A stretch of DNA of 46,910 nt. Origin: Acidobacteriota bacterium (GTDB lineage: Bacteria; Acidobacteriota; Blastocatellia; RBC074). The stretch is from the NCBI GenBank assembly GCA_018268995.1, contig JAFDVL010000015.1, positions 19,532 through 66,441 of the forward strand. The letters are read 5' to 3'. The translations under genes were made by a program, and so were the position numbers. Under the pieces are notes generated by a model. The model saw only the letters and a list, made by a program, of their open reading frames with translations, searched no databases and was not told the DNA's origin. Position 1 is the stretch's first letter, and every line of letters begins with the position of its first letter. Below, piece after piece: positions 36,373 through 45,250 of the stretch.

Positions 36373-37068
36373 ATGACCATAGACAAACTGGCAGCTTTAC
36401 GCCGCACGATACTATTTGGCGAGCTGAGTGAGGCTGAATTAAAAGCCTTGTCAGAACGCGCGATGGAACGACATCTGGCAAAAGGAGAAGTGTTATTTAT
36501 GGCGGGTGATGAGGCAGCGGGATTGTTTGTCATCGCCGAAGGTTCCGTGCGCGCCTATCGCGAGGGGTTGGACGGGCGCGAGCAGGTCATTCACGTCGAA
36601 CGTGCAGGCGCAACCATTGCCGAATTACCCGTGTTTGATGATCGTCCTTATCCGTCCACCGTTGCGGCAGAAGAGGAAACCTTGGTGCTATTTATTGATC
36701 GCCGTGATGTGAAACGATTATGTCTGGAACATCCCAATATCGCCTTGGCAGCCTTGAAGTTATTGGCAGGACGATTACGGCGTTGTGCGGAACTGGTTGA
36801 AGCATTATCCCTGCGCGAAGTAGATCAACGATTAGCCCATTGGTTGCTCAGTGCAGCACGAATGCGTGGCACTCGTACTGAGAAAGGGCTTCAGTTCACC
36901 GTCACGCTGACCAATCAACAAATCGCCGCCCGCATTGGTTCCGTGCGCGAGGTCGTTTCCAGGGCCTTTACCCGATTGCAAAATAACGGATTAATTGCCG
37001 TAGATGGTCGCGCCATTCTGATCCCGGATGAAGCTGCGCTAGAGATTTATGCCGATGGCTATTCGTAA
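36373..37068 (+). CDS. Crp/Fnr-family transcriptional regulator (Dnr/NnrR-like, no N-terminal Cys cluster)
   Basis: 231 aa with a cNMP-binding-like beta-roll (GEVLFMAGDEAAGLFVIAEGSVR) and a C-terminal HTH (QQIAARIGSVREVVSRAFTRL). It lacks the FNR-type Cys motif. Confidence 0.85.
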   Translation: MTIDKLAALRRTILFGELSEAELKALSERAMERHLAKGEVLFMAGDEAAGLFVIAEGSVRAYREGLDGREQVIHVERAGATIAELPVFDDRPYPSTVAAEEETLVLFIDRRDVKRLCLEHPNIALAALKLLAGRLRRCAELVEALSLREVDQRLAHWLLSAARMRGTRTEKGLQFTVTLTNQQIAARIGSVREVVSRAFTRLQNNGLIAVDGRAILIPDEAALEIYADGYS

Positions 37069-37304
37069 GCGGTGATTTGCGCCTCGATTTCGCTCAAAGC
37101 ACGTTCGAGCATTTGTTTGTGCATGTCTGAGCGCACACGGCTGAGTTGTTCAAGCAGATGGCTGCGCGAAAGTTGCAAGGCGGTGAGCTTCTCGCGCCGT
37201 TCTATTTCCTTCGCAGGTAATTTTGGCGCAGCGACAGCCAGCTTTCGCTCTTCCGCTTCCGCGATTTGATCTTCAACCGATTTGCTTTCCCAACCACGAG
37301 CCAT
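37059..37304 (-). CDS. Small charged coiled-coil protein (hypothetical)
   Basis: 81-aa ORF (MARGWESKSVEDQIAEAEERK...) with plausible codon usage. It overlaps the crp/fnr 3' end by 10 nt in convergent orientation. Confidence 0.3.
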   Translation of the reverse strand: MARGWESKSVEDQIAEAEERKLAVAAPKLPAKEIERREKLTALQLSRSHLLEQLSRVRSDMHKQMLERALSEIEAQITAYE

Positions 37305-37324
37305 AGCCTTTAATGACGTTCTTC

Positions 37325-37420
37325 GACAGGATTTACAAGATTTGGCGCAAGCTTTACAAGATTGTCAGCCTTGCCAAAAAACCTCCTGTAAATCCTGAAA
37401 TCAATCTTGTAAATCCTGTC
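37325..37420. repeat. 17-bp perfect inverted repeat GACAGGATTTACAAGAT (37325-37341 / 37404-37420) with two further partial copies between
   Basis: The rc of 37404-37420 equals 37325-37341. Partial copies are GCTTTACAAGATTGTC (37351-37366) and an inverted CCTGTAAATCCTG (37385-37397). Confidence 0.5.
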
Positions 37421-37426
37421 TGATGA

Positions 37427-39556
37427 TTATTTCATCTGCAAAACCTTTACCAAAAAGCCCCACCGATCCGCGATTTCTTCGATAATTTTCGCCGTTGGCT
37501 TTCCAGCTCCGTGCCCAGCTTTGGTTTCGATGCGAATGAAAATCGGATTATTCCCTGCTTGCGCTTCCTGCATCGTCGCAGCGAATTTGAAGCTGTGCGC
37601 GGGGACGACGCGATCATCGTGATCTGCCGTTGTGATCAGCGTCGGCGGATACGCCGTGCCCGCTTTGATATTGTGGAGCGGCGAATATTTGTACAACGCT
37701 TTGAATTCTTCCGGATTTTCTGAAGAACCATAATCCGAAGTCCACGCCCAGCCGATTGTGAACTTCTGAAACCGCAACATATCCATCACACCGACCGCAG
37801 GCAGCGCAGCACCGAAGAGATCAGGCCGCTGCGTCATACAGGCACCGACCAGCAAACCACCATTTGAGCCGCCACTGATTGCCAGCTTCGGCGTGGACGT
37901 GTATTTGTTGGCAATCAACCATTCTGCCGCCGCGATGAAATCATCAAAGACGTTTTGCTTTTTCAGCTTCGTGCCCGCTTCGTGCCACGCTTCGCCATAT
38001 TCGCCGCCGCCGCGTAAATTCGGCTGCGCATAGACGCCACCCATTTCCATCCACACCAGATTCGAGATCGAAAAGGCAGGCGTCAGCGATACGTTAAAGC
38101 CACCGTACGCGTATAGGTACGTCGGATTGTTTCCATCCAGCTTCAATCCCTTTTTGTGCGTGATGAACATCGGGACTTTCGTGCCATCCTTGCTCGTGTA
38201 AAAGACCTGTTTGGTTTCGTAGTCGTTCGGATTGAAGTCCACTTTCGGCGCGCGCCAAACAGTGCTTTTGCCCGTTGGCAAATCGTAGCGGTACACCGTC
38301 GTCGGTGTCGTAAATCCGGTGAACAGATAAAAGGTTTCCTTGTCCTTACGCTTGCCGCCAAAGCCCTGCACGGTTCCGATGCCCGGCAATGCAACTTCGC
38401 GCACGAGCTTGCCGCGTTGATCGAACACTTTGATGTTCGACCGCGCGTCCTGCAAATACGGCACGATGAATTGATCGTTCACAAAGCTGACGCCGCTTTC
38501 GCCATCAATCGTGTCGGCAGATTCGGCTACGAGTTCCTGCCAGTTGGTTTTCTCCGGCTTCGCCGTATCAATCGCAATGACGCGCCCGCGCGGAGCCTGC
38601 AAATCGGTGCGGAAATAAAACACCGCACCGTCGTTCCCAATGAAACTGTATGAAGCCTCGAAATCTTTGACGAGTTCGACAACCTTGGCATCTTTCGCTT
38701 TCAAGTCTTTGTAAAACAGCAGATTTTTTGGATCGGTGCCTTTCCAAACGCTGATGATCAAATAGCGCCCGTCTTCCGTGACAGAGCCGCTGAAGCCCCA
38801 TTCCTTTTGATCTTTGCGTTCGTAGACCAGAACATCTTCAGATTGTTTTGCCCCGATGCGATGATAGTAAAGTTTCTGAAAATAGTTCGCGTCTTCGAGC
38901 TTTGTCTTTTCGTTCGGCTCGTCGTAGCGGCTGTAGAAAAAGCCTTTGTTATCGGGTGTCCACGAAGCGCCGGAAAATTTCGACCACTTCAAATGGTCTT
39001 CCAAGTCTTTTCCAGAAGTCACATCGCGCACTTTCCATTCCTGCCAATCTGACCCCGACGAAGACAAACTGTACGCCATCAATTTGCCGTCGTGACTGAT
39101 TGCCAGCCCCGATAAAGCAACTGTCCCATCCGCCGAAAGCTTGTTCGGATCAAGCAGCACACGAGGCGTGCCTTCGAGCGTGTCGGTCACATACAACACG
39201 TTTTGATTCTGCAAGCCGTCGTTCTTGTAATAAAAATAGCGCCCGCCTTCCTTGAACGGTGGCAGATATTTTTCATAATTCCAGAGCTTCGTCAGCCGCT
39301 CTTTAATCTTTGCACGTTCGGGGATTTGCTCAAGAAAACCAAACGTCAATTTGTTCTGCGCTTCGACCCAGGCGCGCGTGTCGTCGGCATCCGGGTTTTC
39401 GAGCCAGCGATACGGATCGGCGACTTTCGTGCCGTGATAATTGTCAACCTGGTCAACTTTTTTTGCTTTGGGATAGGTGAATGTTTGTGCCATAACAGAT
39501 GTGAAGAACAAGGCAAGTAAAGTAAGTTTGAAGATTAATTTCATAGTCTTCTCCAT
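37427..39556 (-). CDS. Prolyl oligopeptidase (S9A family), secreted
   Basis: 709 aa with DPYRWLEN near the N-terminus (POP hallmark) and the catalytic GGSNGGLLVG serine motif. Signal peptide MKLIFKLTLLALFFTSVMAQ. An alternative ATG is at 39544. Confidence 0.9.
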   Translation of the reverse strand: MEKTMKLIFKLTLLALFFTSVMAQTFTYPKAKKVDQVDNYHGTKVADPYRWLENPDADDTRAWVEAQNKLTFGFLEQIPERAKIKERLTKLWNYEKYLPPFKEGGRYFYYKNDGLQNQNVLYVTDTLEGTPRVLLDPNKLSADGTVALSGLAISHDGKLMAYSLSSSGSDWQEWKVRDVTSGKDLEDHLKWSKFSGASWTPDNKGFFYSRYDEPNEKTKLEDANYFQKLYYHRIGAKQSEDVLVYERKDQKEWGFSGSVTEDGRYLIISVWKGTDPKNLLFYKDLKAKDAKVVELVKDFEASYSFIGNDGAVFYFRTDLQAPRGRVIAIDTAKPEKTNWQELVAESADTIDGESGVSFVNDQFIVPYLQDARSNIKVFDQRGKLVREVALPGIGTVQGFGGKRKDKETFYLFTGFTTPTTVYRYDLPTGKSTVWRAPKVDFNPNDYETKQVFYTSKDGTKVPMFITHKKGLKLDGNNPTYLYAYGGFNVSLTPAFSISNLVWMEMGGVYAQPNLRGGGEYGEAWHEAGTKLKKQNVFDDFIAAAEWLIANKYTSTPKLAISGGSNGGLLVGACMTQRPDLFGAALPAVGVMDMLRFQKFTIGWAWTSDYGSSENPEEFKALYKYSPLHNIKAGTAYPPTLITTADHDDRVVPAHSFKFAATMQEAQAGNNPIFIRIETKAGHGAGKPTAKIIEEIADRWGFLVKVLQMK

Positions 39557-39596
39557 TGCTAAACAAGCTTACCTTGCAAAAATAGAGAAGCCAAGT

Positions 39597-40514
39597 ATGC
39601 CGAGCCAAGCTAGATTCCTCACTTTTGCAGTTTTCGGATTGATGCTGATGTCGTTTGCGTGCAAGTCAACTCCGCCTGCCATACAACCAACGATGGTATC
39701 TCCGCTAACTTCCCCGACAGCCACAAGTGCAACAACTCAAACACCCGAAGACGAAGAAAAATCTGCCGAAGATTTTTTCACGAAAGAAGACAAGCTTTTC
39801 TACAACGGATATGAAATTACTAAACTAAAGAAAACCGTGCAGGAGGAAGGCACCAAGATGGATGTCTCATACTTAATGGTGAAAAAGAACCATAAGACGA
39901 TGGCAATCTTTGATGGGCCACATCACTCAATTGGCAACGCAGCAGACTTTGGCCTGTTTCCTTTTTTGGGCAAAGAAAAACAGCTTATCGTTTCCATCAC
40001 AGTGCCTCGTGGTGGCAGACAGTGGATCGCTGAGTTGTTCCCTGCGTATCGAGTAATCTTTGATACAAGCAAATGGGGCGTGGGAAGAGAGGGCACGGAT
40101 TTGGGCTTTGTTGACCTCGACCACGATGGGGTTTTAGAAATCACCGCAGGAGACTTTTGGTATTACATCTTCAATGAAATCTCCATATCAGAAACACCTG
40201 TTGTGAACGTGATTTTCAGATATGACCCAAAGGTGAAAGAATATGTTCCAGCAAATCACCTCTTCCCCAAATATGCCCTTCGTTGGGTTGAAGATTGGAG
40301 CAGTTCTTTGCCCGCCAATAAAGGCTATGGCTATTTGGGAAGAAGGGTTGATGTTTTGCTGCTTTATCTCTACGCAGGAAAAGAAAGAGAAGGCTGGGAG
40401 TTTTTTGAGCGTATGTATAAAGGACAAGACAAAGCTCAAGTGAAAGGCAACATAAAGAATGCCCTCAAGCATTCGCCCATCTATCAATACATACGCAAGC
40501 ACAGCAAGAACTGA
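39597..40514 (+). CDS. Hypothetical lipoprotein (low-GC gene)
   Basis: 305 aa from the ATG at 39597, with signal plus lipobox (FAVFGLMLMSFAC). The earlier track start overlaps the oppositely oriented POP gene. Its GC is visibly lower (about 45%) than its surroundings. Confidence 0.5.
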   Translation: MPSQARFLTFAVFGLMLMSFACKSTPPAIQPTMVSPLTSPTATSATTQTPEDEEKSAEDFFTKEDKLFYNGYEITKLKKTVQEEGTKMDVSYLMVKKNHKTMAIFDGPHHSIGNAADFGLFPFLGKEKQLIVSITVPRGGRQWIAELFPAYRVIFDTSKWGVGREGTDLGFVDLDHDGVLEITAGDFWYYIFNEISISETPVVNVIFRYDPKVKEYVPANHLFPKYALRWVEDWSSSLPANKGYGYLGRRVDVLLLYLYAGKEREGWEFFERMYKGQDKAQVKGNIKNALKHSPIYQYIRKHSKN

Positions 40515-40651
40515 ACTCGCATGGAGTACAAGCTTCAGCTTGGTTTTTGTCATCTCACTGCGAAAACTGAACTCGCATGGAGTACAAGCTTCAGCTTGGT
40601 TTTTGTCATCTCACTGCGAAAACCAAGCTGAAGCTTGTACTCCATGCAGTT
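40511..40651. repeat. Perfect 56-bp tandem duplication plus 24-bp perfect hairpin between convergent genes
   Basis: 40511-40566 is identical to 40567-40622. CATGGAGTACAAGCTTCAGCTTGG (40576-40599) pairs perfectly with 40623-40646 across a 23-nt loop. The first copy begins at the TGA of the lipoprotein gene, and the hairpin ends 10 bp from the flotillin-like gene stop. Confidence 0.8.
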
Positions 40652-40656
40652 AAGTT

Positions 40657-42852
40657 TTACCGCACAAAACTCTTGTTCCCGTTCTCAGCATTGCCATTCA
40701 GCTTCATCTGATCGCGGAACAGATTCAGCAAGAGCAGTGTACCGAGGTTGCCAGAGCCATCCCCATTGCCGCCGGAAGCCATCACATCGGGCGTAATCCG
40801 CACACCTTTTTCGCCGATAACCTTCAGCGTTTCGACGAGCGCGACGCCGTTGGCACCAAGCGCGTTGACCTGTTCGTGATAGGCGACGCCTTGCGCTTCA
40901 CCCATCAGGCGAACTTTTTCGGCTTCGGCTTTACCCGTGACCGCAATGTAGTGCGCTTCGCCGTCGGCTTCGGCTTTACGTTGTTCGGCACGTTTGCCGG
41001 AGATGTCTACGCCGACTGTCGCTTCCATCAAAGCCTTTTGGTTATCGGCCTGGGCTTTGATTCTTTCAAGCTGAATGCGCTTCTCTTCGGCTTCGCGTTG
41101 CGCGTTGTACATGCTCTGTCGTTGCTCGGCTAGAATCTTTTCGGTCTGCGTCTTCATCAATTCCTCTGGCAAGCGGATGTGGCAGATCAGCACGTTGACC
41201 ACGTCTACGTGATACTTCAGTAGATGCGCGCGCACACGAGCTTCAGCGCGTTCCTGTTCTTCGTGCCGATTTTGCAGGTACGCCATTGCGCTGGATTCCG
41301 AAGCCTGATTGCGGAAGATCGAATCAATTAGCGGGTGCATCACGTTTTGAATCAGGCGATCAATCGAGCCGATTTTCGACACCATAAACGGCGCATCTTC
41401 GGGCTTCACACGAAACACGACGCGCACTTCCAACTGCATCGCAAAACCGTCCTTGGAAATCACCTCGAACGGATCAAACGTGCCTTGAATCTGCTCGCCC
41501 GTCCATTCGACGGTTTGGTTCGTGGTCGGAATGATGATCGGCGAAACGGCTAACGTGTTGACGTAGTATTTGCCGGGGCCGACGACGCGTTCCTGAATGC
41601 CGCGAAAACCATCGGGCACAACGTAGGCTTCGTGTGCGCCTGCATCCAAGCGTTTATCCAACGGGTCGCCGTCTTCCAGCGATTCCTGCAAACCGGCGAG
41701 CACATCGTTGACGTGTTCGCCCGCGTGTTCGATTTGCTCTTTGCGTTCGTATTCCAATCGCTCGCGGATTTTCGCGGCCATCTGCTTGCGAATTTCATCC
41801 GAAGGGTCTTTGCCAACGTTGGAAACGATGACCGCGACTTCACCGGGTTTCACTTCGCCCGCTTTTTCCGGGATCACTTTGAACAGCAGCGGATTGATAT
41901 ACGACGTGCCCGGCAACAGGATGTCTTTTTGTGGGCCGCGTTGGCCGCCGCGTTTGATGAACGCGTCGCCGTTTTGAAAGTTATCGTGACCGTCAATTGG
42001 ATCAGCCACGTAGTTGCGCGGATTGAGCGGCGAGCCGTCCAGCGCTTCGACGAGACCGATTTGGTTTTCGTTGATTACCGTCGCATTGAAGACTTGCACC
42101 GCGAACAAACCTTTCTTCACTTCGTTCACATTGTCAGGATTATCCATCAACATATTCGTTGGCAGCGAATCGGTCAGGATGCGGTACGTGCCGGGCGTCA
42201 GGATTTCAACCTGTGGGCCTTTTTGCCCGCCGGAAGCTAGGAATTGCTCGGCATCCTGGAAGTTGCGGTGCCCGTCAACACTCTTGGCAACCAAACGACC
42301 CGGATCAAGCGATGCGCCGTCAGCACTGGTGATGACACCAATTTTGCCCTGCGGAATCACCGTCGCCTTTGCAATTGAAACGCGAAATAGGTATGGGTGA
42401 ATCGGCCACAAACCGGGCGGTAGCGTGCGAAGCTGAATGCCTTTGACGCCGCCTTGTTTGATGAATGCAATCGGGTCTTGGAAATTATTATGCGCATTCT
42501 GGGCACGGTCTGGCGCGAAAATCCTGCCCGGAGGCAATGGTTCACCATCAATAGCTTCGATGATGCCAAGTTCGTCGGGGCTGATTTCGACAAGCGACAC
42601 TTTTTTCACAACCCGCTCGAATGGCCACTTGATGAAGTGCAAGCCGGGCTTCAGTACGTCGGCTTGAATTCCAACCTCGCCTTCGGTAGCAACGACACGA
42701 CCGGGCGGCATTTTCTGGCCGATGTAGCGACGTTCCTTGATCGCAATTTCGCGCGCACGGATATTGACCAGAATTTTGGACGTAATGAACAGCAGCAGGA
42801 AGAATCCTGCAATACCCAACAATGCTAACGGGATCACAATTGTAGTCTCCAT
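40657..42852 (-). CDS. Flotillin-like SPFH/band-7 protein with three N-terminal internal repeats
   Basis: 731 aa with an N-terminal TM helix and three copies of about 60 aa of the pattern DGxxLxPGR...(H/N)xNFQD...F(I/L)(K/A)xGGQ(K/R)GxQ...L(P/T)PG. An SPFH core follows (MQLEVRVVFRV), then a coiled-coil flotillin-type C-terminus (EAEEKRIQLERIKAQ). GAAGG lies 7 nt before the ATG. Confidence 0.75.
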   Translation of the reverse strand: METTIVIPLALLGIAGFFLLLFITSKILVNIRAREIAIKERRYIGQKMPPGRVVATEGEVGIQADVLKPGLHFIKWPFERVVKKVSLVEISPDELGIIEAIDGEPLPPGRIFAPDRAQNAHNNFQDPIAFIKQGGVKGIQLRTLPPGLWPIHPYLFRVSIAKATVIPQGKIGVITSADGASLDPGRLVAKSVDGHRNFQDAEQFLASGGQKGPQVEILTPGTYRILTDSLPTNMLMDNPDNVNEVKKGLFAVQVFNATVINENQIGLVEALDGSPLNPRNYVADPIDGHDNFQNGDAFIKRGGQRGPQKDILLPGTSYINPLLFKVIPEKAGEVKPGEVAVIVSNVGKDPSDEIRKQMAAKIRERLEYERKEQIEHAGEHVNDVLAGLQESLEDGDPLDKRLDAGAHEAYVVPDGFRGIQERVVGPGKYYVNTLAVSPIIIPTTNQTVEWTGEQIQGTFDPFEVISKDGFAMQLEVRVVFRVKPEDAPFMVSKIGSIDRLIQNVMHPLIDSIFRNQASESSAMAYLQNRHEEQERAEARVRAHLLKYHVDVVNVLICHIRLPEELMKTQTEKILAEQRQSMYNAQREAEEKRIQLERIKAQADNQKALMEATVGVDISGKRAEQRKAEADGEAHYIAVTGKAEAEKVRLMGEAQGVAYHEQVNALGANGVALVETLKVIGEKGVRITPDVMASGGNGDGSGNLGTLLLLNLFRDQMKLNGNAENGNKSFVR

Positions 42853-42878
42853 AAATGAACCTTCTTTCTTCTGTTTTT

Positions 42879-42976
42879 GCCACGAATCAACACGAAGTCA
42901 CACGAAGGGCATAACAGCAGAAAAGCCGCTTCATTTCGGGTGATTCGATTCGTGCAAATTCGTGTTAATTCGTGGC
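42879..42976. repeat. Palindromic array of CACGAA units (3 direct, 3 inverted) in the 5' region of the flotillin-like gene
   Basis: GCCACGAATCAACACGAAGTCACACGAAGG (42879-42908) versus the rc of 42940-42976, GCCACGAATTAACACGAATTTGCACGAATCGAATCAC. This gives roughly 30-bp imperfect arms with a 31-nt loop. Confidence 0.6.
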
Positions 42977-42987
42977 TGGAATCTACG

Positions 42988-43653
42988 TTACGCCGTATTC
43001 AGTCCGCGACGGACATTGGCAACATAACGTTTCAAAACAAATCCTGCGCCTGATTCTCTGGCGTCTGCGCTGAGCAACCAATATTCGACCTCAATCGCAG
43101 CCGCTAACTCCTTCGGAGTGACATAGGCAAGACGCCCTTCATCCCAAGCTTGTTTAGCCACCTCAACAGCAAGCCAATACACATCGGCGTTGTCGCTCAG
43201 GGCGGCGAGATGAAGCATTGAAGCCAAGTCGTTCCGCGTTGGAGTTTGATCCCAAACTTTGATGAATGCTTGTGCAAATTGCGTGTTGGCACGCAGTTCG
43301 GCGTTGCGCAAAATGTAGGTTGCAATTTCGCGTACGTCGTGGCCGCGCGCCAGCAGCGCATTCAGCATTTCGTTGTACAAGCTTGGGTCGGCTTTTGTTT
43401 CATCAAGCACAGCATAATCGCCCAAGTCCACGCGCGTCAGTAAATTTGCTCGAAGCTGTTCGCGCTTGTCATCAGCCAATGCTTGCGCAGATGGCGGATC
43501 AAACAAACTCGGAGGCAGACTGCGAGACGAAATTTGCGGAACTCCGGGACTCGGATATGGCAAATACTCTGTGCTTACACTGCGGTTGCGAAGGAAAGTG
43601 GCTAAGGCAACTGCGAATAACAGGAGAACCAAAACAATCAGTATAGCGCTCAT
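42988..43653 (-). CDS. Hypothetical membrane-anchored protein (upstream partner of the flotillin-like gene)
   Basis: 221 aa with N-terminal TM MSAILIVLVLLLFAVALATFL. It has the same strand as the flotillin-like gene and lies 135 bp upstream of it. Confidence 0.4.
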   Translation of the reverse strand: MSAILIVLVLLLFAVALATFLRNRSVSTEYLPYPSPGVPQISSRSLPPSLFDPPSAQALADDKREQLRANLLTRVDLGDYAVLDETKADPSLYNEMLNALLARGHDVREIATYILRNAELRANTQFAQAFIKVWDQTPTRNDLASMLHLAALSDNADVYWLAVEVAKQAWDEGRLAYVTPKELAAAIEVEYWLLSADARESGAGFVLKRYVANVRRGLNTA

Positions 43654-43958
43654 TCAGATGGCGCTCTCGTGCAATTTCGGAAGGCTGGGTCAATCGCCCC
43701 TTGCCGCTATTCTCAAAACTGCATCGGGAGGCTTGCTCCTTTGCCTGATACGAAAGCGGTGCGAGAAAGTTCCAGCGATTTCTTCAGAACAGATTCTCGC
43801 GTTCATCCTCATAAGCGAAAATCGCACACCAAAAGTGGACGTTTTTCTGGCAACTTCAAGGCGCAAGAATCGTATAGCGAACATCGCAGATGACCGCAAA
43901 AAGGTGCTAGAATGGCGCGCATTGACAGGCAGAGTGAAATTAATTTCGGGGGATCAGC

Positions 43959-45164
43959 ATGAAAGCATATCAAATTTCAGCAAAGCAATTAGTGGGACTG
44001 GCCCTGCTCACGGCTTTTTTTGCGGGCACGGTTGTGGTCGTCTACGACAAAATCGGGCCTGCCTTGTGGGGGCGTTGGGCAGGCGCGAAAGAAAATGAAA
44101 AAAATGCGGCGGAAGCAGTCATCGCGGAAATCACCGATCCATCGGTCGCAATGGATGAGAAAAACAATAGCGAAGTGTACAAAGCGATCAGCCCTGGCGT
44201 CGTGAATATCACGTCCACCAATTATGTGCAGAGCTGGTTTGATGTGTATCCGCAGGAAGGCAGCGGCTCAGGTTCCATTCTGGATAAAGAAGGACATATC
44301 TTAACGAATTATCACGTTGTTCAGGGCCAAAATGGCGGCTATGCGCAACAGTTGATGGTTTCGCTGGCGAATGGCAAAAACTACAAGGCGACACCTGTTG
44401 GAGCCGATCCTGACAATGATATTGCAATCATCAAGATTAACGCGCCGGCGGAAAGTTTATCGCTCGTGCCGCTAGGCAATTCCGGCGAATTATTTGTGGG
44501 AAAAAAAGTGCTGGCGATTGGCAACCCCTTTGGGTTGGAGCGCACGTTGACGACGGGCGTAATTTCCGGCCTTGCACGTCCGCTGCATTCTGACATCACG
44601 AATCGCCTGATCGAAGGCGTGATCCAAACCGATGCGGCGATCAATCCGGGCAATTCCGGTGGGCCGCTTCTGGATTCGCGCGGGCGGATGATTGGGATTA
44701 ACACAATGATTTACAGTCCTTCGGGCGGTTCGGTCGGCATCGGCTTCGCGGTTCCAGTGGACACCGCAAAACGAATCATCCCTGACATCATCAAGCTTGG
44801 CTATGCACGCAAACCGAGTCTTGGCATTACTGCTCCGCTGCCTGTCAATCAATCTATCGCTAATCAATTGCGCCTGCCCGTTGAGGAAGGCTTGATGGTT
44901 TCCCAGGTTTACGAAGGCGGCGCGGCAGACAAAGCAGGGATTCAAGGCGGAAACCAACCCGTGCGCTATCAGCGGCAAACGTTCTATCTCGGCGGTGATA
45001 TTATTACTGCCATTGACGGCCAGCCCATGCGTGTTTATGACGACCTGGATCGCGTCATCAATAGAAAGAATATCGGCGACAAAGTGAAGGTCGAAGTCAT
45101 GCGCGGAGAAAAGAAACTTTCGTTTGATGTAACGCTCACCGAACGACCACGCCCACGTGGCTAA
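43959..45164 (+). CDS. htrA: HtrA/DegP-family periplasmic serine protease with one PDZ domain
   Basis: 401 aa with an N-terminal TM anchor. It has the catalytic triad context (HILTNYHVV; DIAIIKI; GNSGGPLL) and a C-terminal PDZ domain. Confidence 0.9.
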   Translation: MKAYQISAKQLVGLALLTAFFAGTVVVVYDKIGPALWGRWAGAKENEKNAAEAVIAEITDPSVAMDEKNNSEVYKAISPGVVNITSTNYVQSWFDVYPQEGSGSGSILDKEGHILTNYHVVQGQNGGYAQQLMVSLANGKNYKATPVGADPDNDIAIIKINAPAESLSLVPLGNSGELFVGKKVLAIGNPFGLERTLTTGVISGLARPLHSDITNRLIEGVIQTDAAINPGNSGGPLLDSRGRMIGINTMIYSPSGGSVGIGFAVPVDTAKRIIPDIIKLGYARKPSLGITAPLPVNQSIANQLRLPVEEGLMVSQVYEGGAADKAGIQGGNQPVRYQRQTFYLGGDIITAIDGQPMRVYDDLDRVINRKNIGDKVKVEVMRGEKKLSFDVTLTERPRPRG

Positions 45165-45187
45165 AACTTGCGGAAGAAACTAGGAAA

Positions 45188-45250
45188 GTCTGGAAAAGTC
45201 GGATAAAGTGCTGTTTACAAGTTACCTGACTTTTCCAGACTTAGTTTTAT
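45188..45250 (+). terminator. Intrinsic terminator-like hairpin after htrA
   Basis: GTCTGGAAAAGTC (45188-45200) pairs perfectly with GACTTTTCCAGAC (45228-45240), followed by TTAGTTTTAT. It ends 8 bp before the bcp ATG. Confidence 0.45.

Noticed and set aside
40511-40622. Tandem 56-bp repeats as a CRISPR array
   Set aside because: Only two contiguous identical units are present, with no unique spacers and no cas genes. The pattern fits a duplicated terminator or REP-like element instead.
41632-42240. 202-aa plus-strand ORF inside the flotillin-like gene
   Set aside because: Antisense, Arg/Phe-rich, with no motifs. The sense gene has clear SPFH and coiled-coil features.
43669-43893. 74-aa plus-strand ORF in the 305-bp divergent region before htrA
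   Set aside because: It is low-complexity, with no start context or recognisable motif. The region more likely holds promoters. A possible ECF-like GGAACTT-N16-TATCA reads on the minus strand near 43760-43800, and TGcTAGAAT near 43898-43906 could serve htrA. Both are too degenerate to call.
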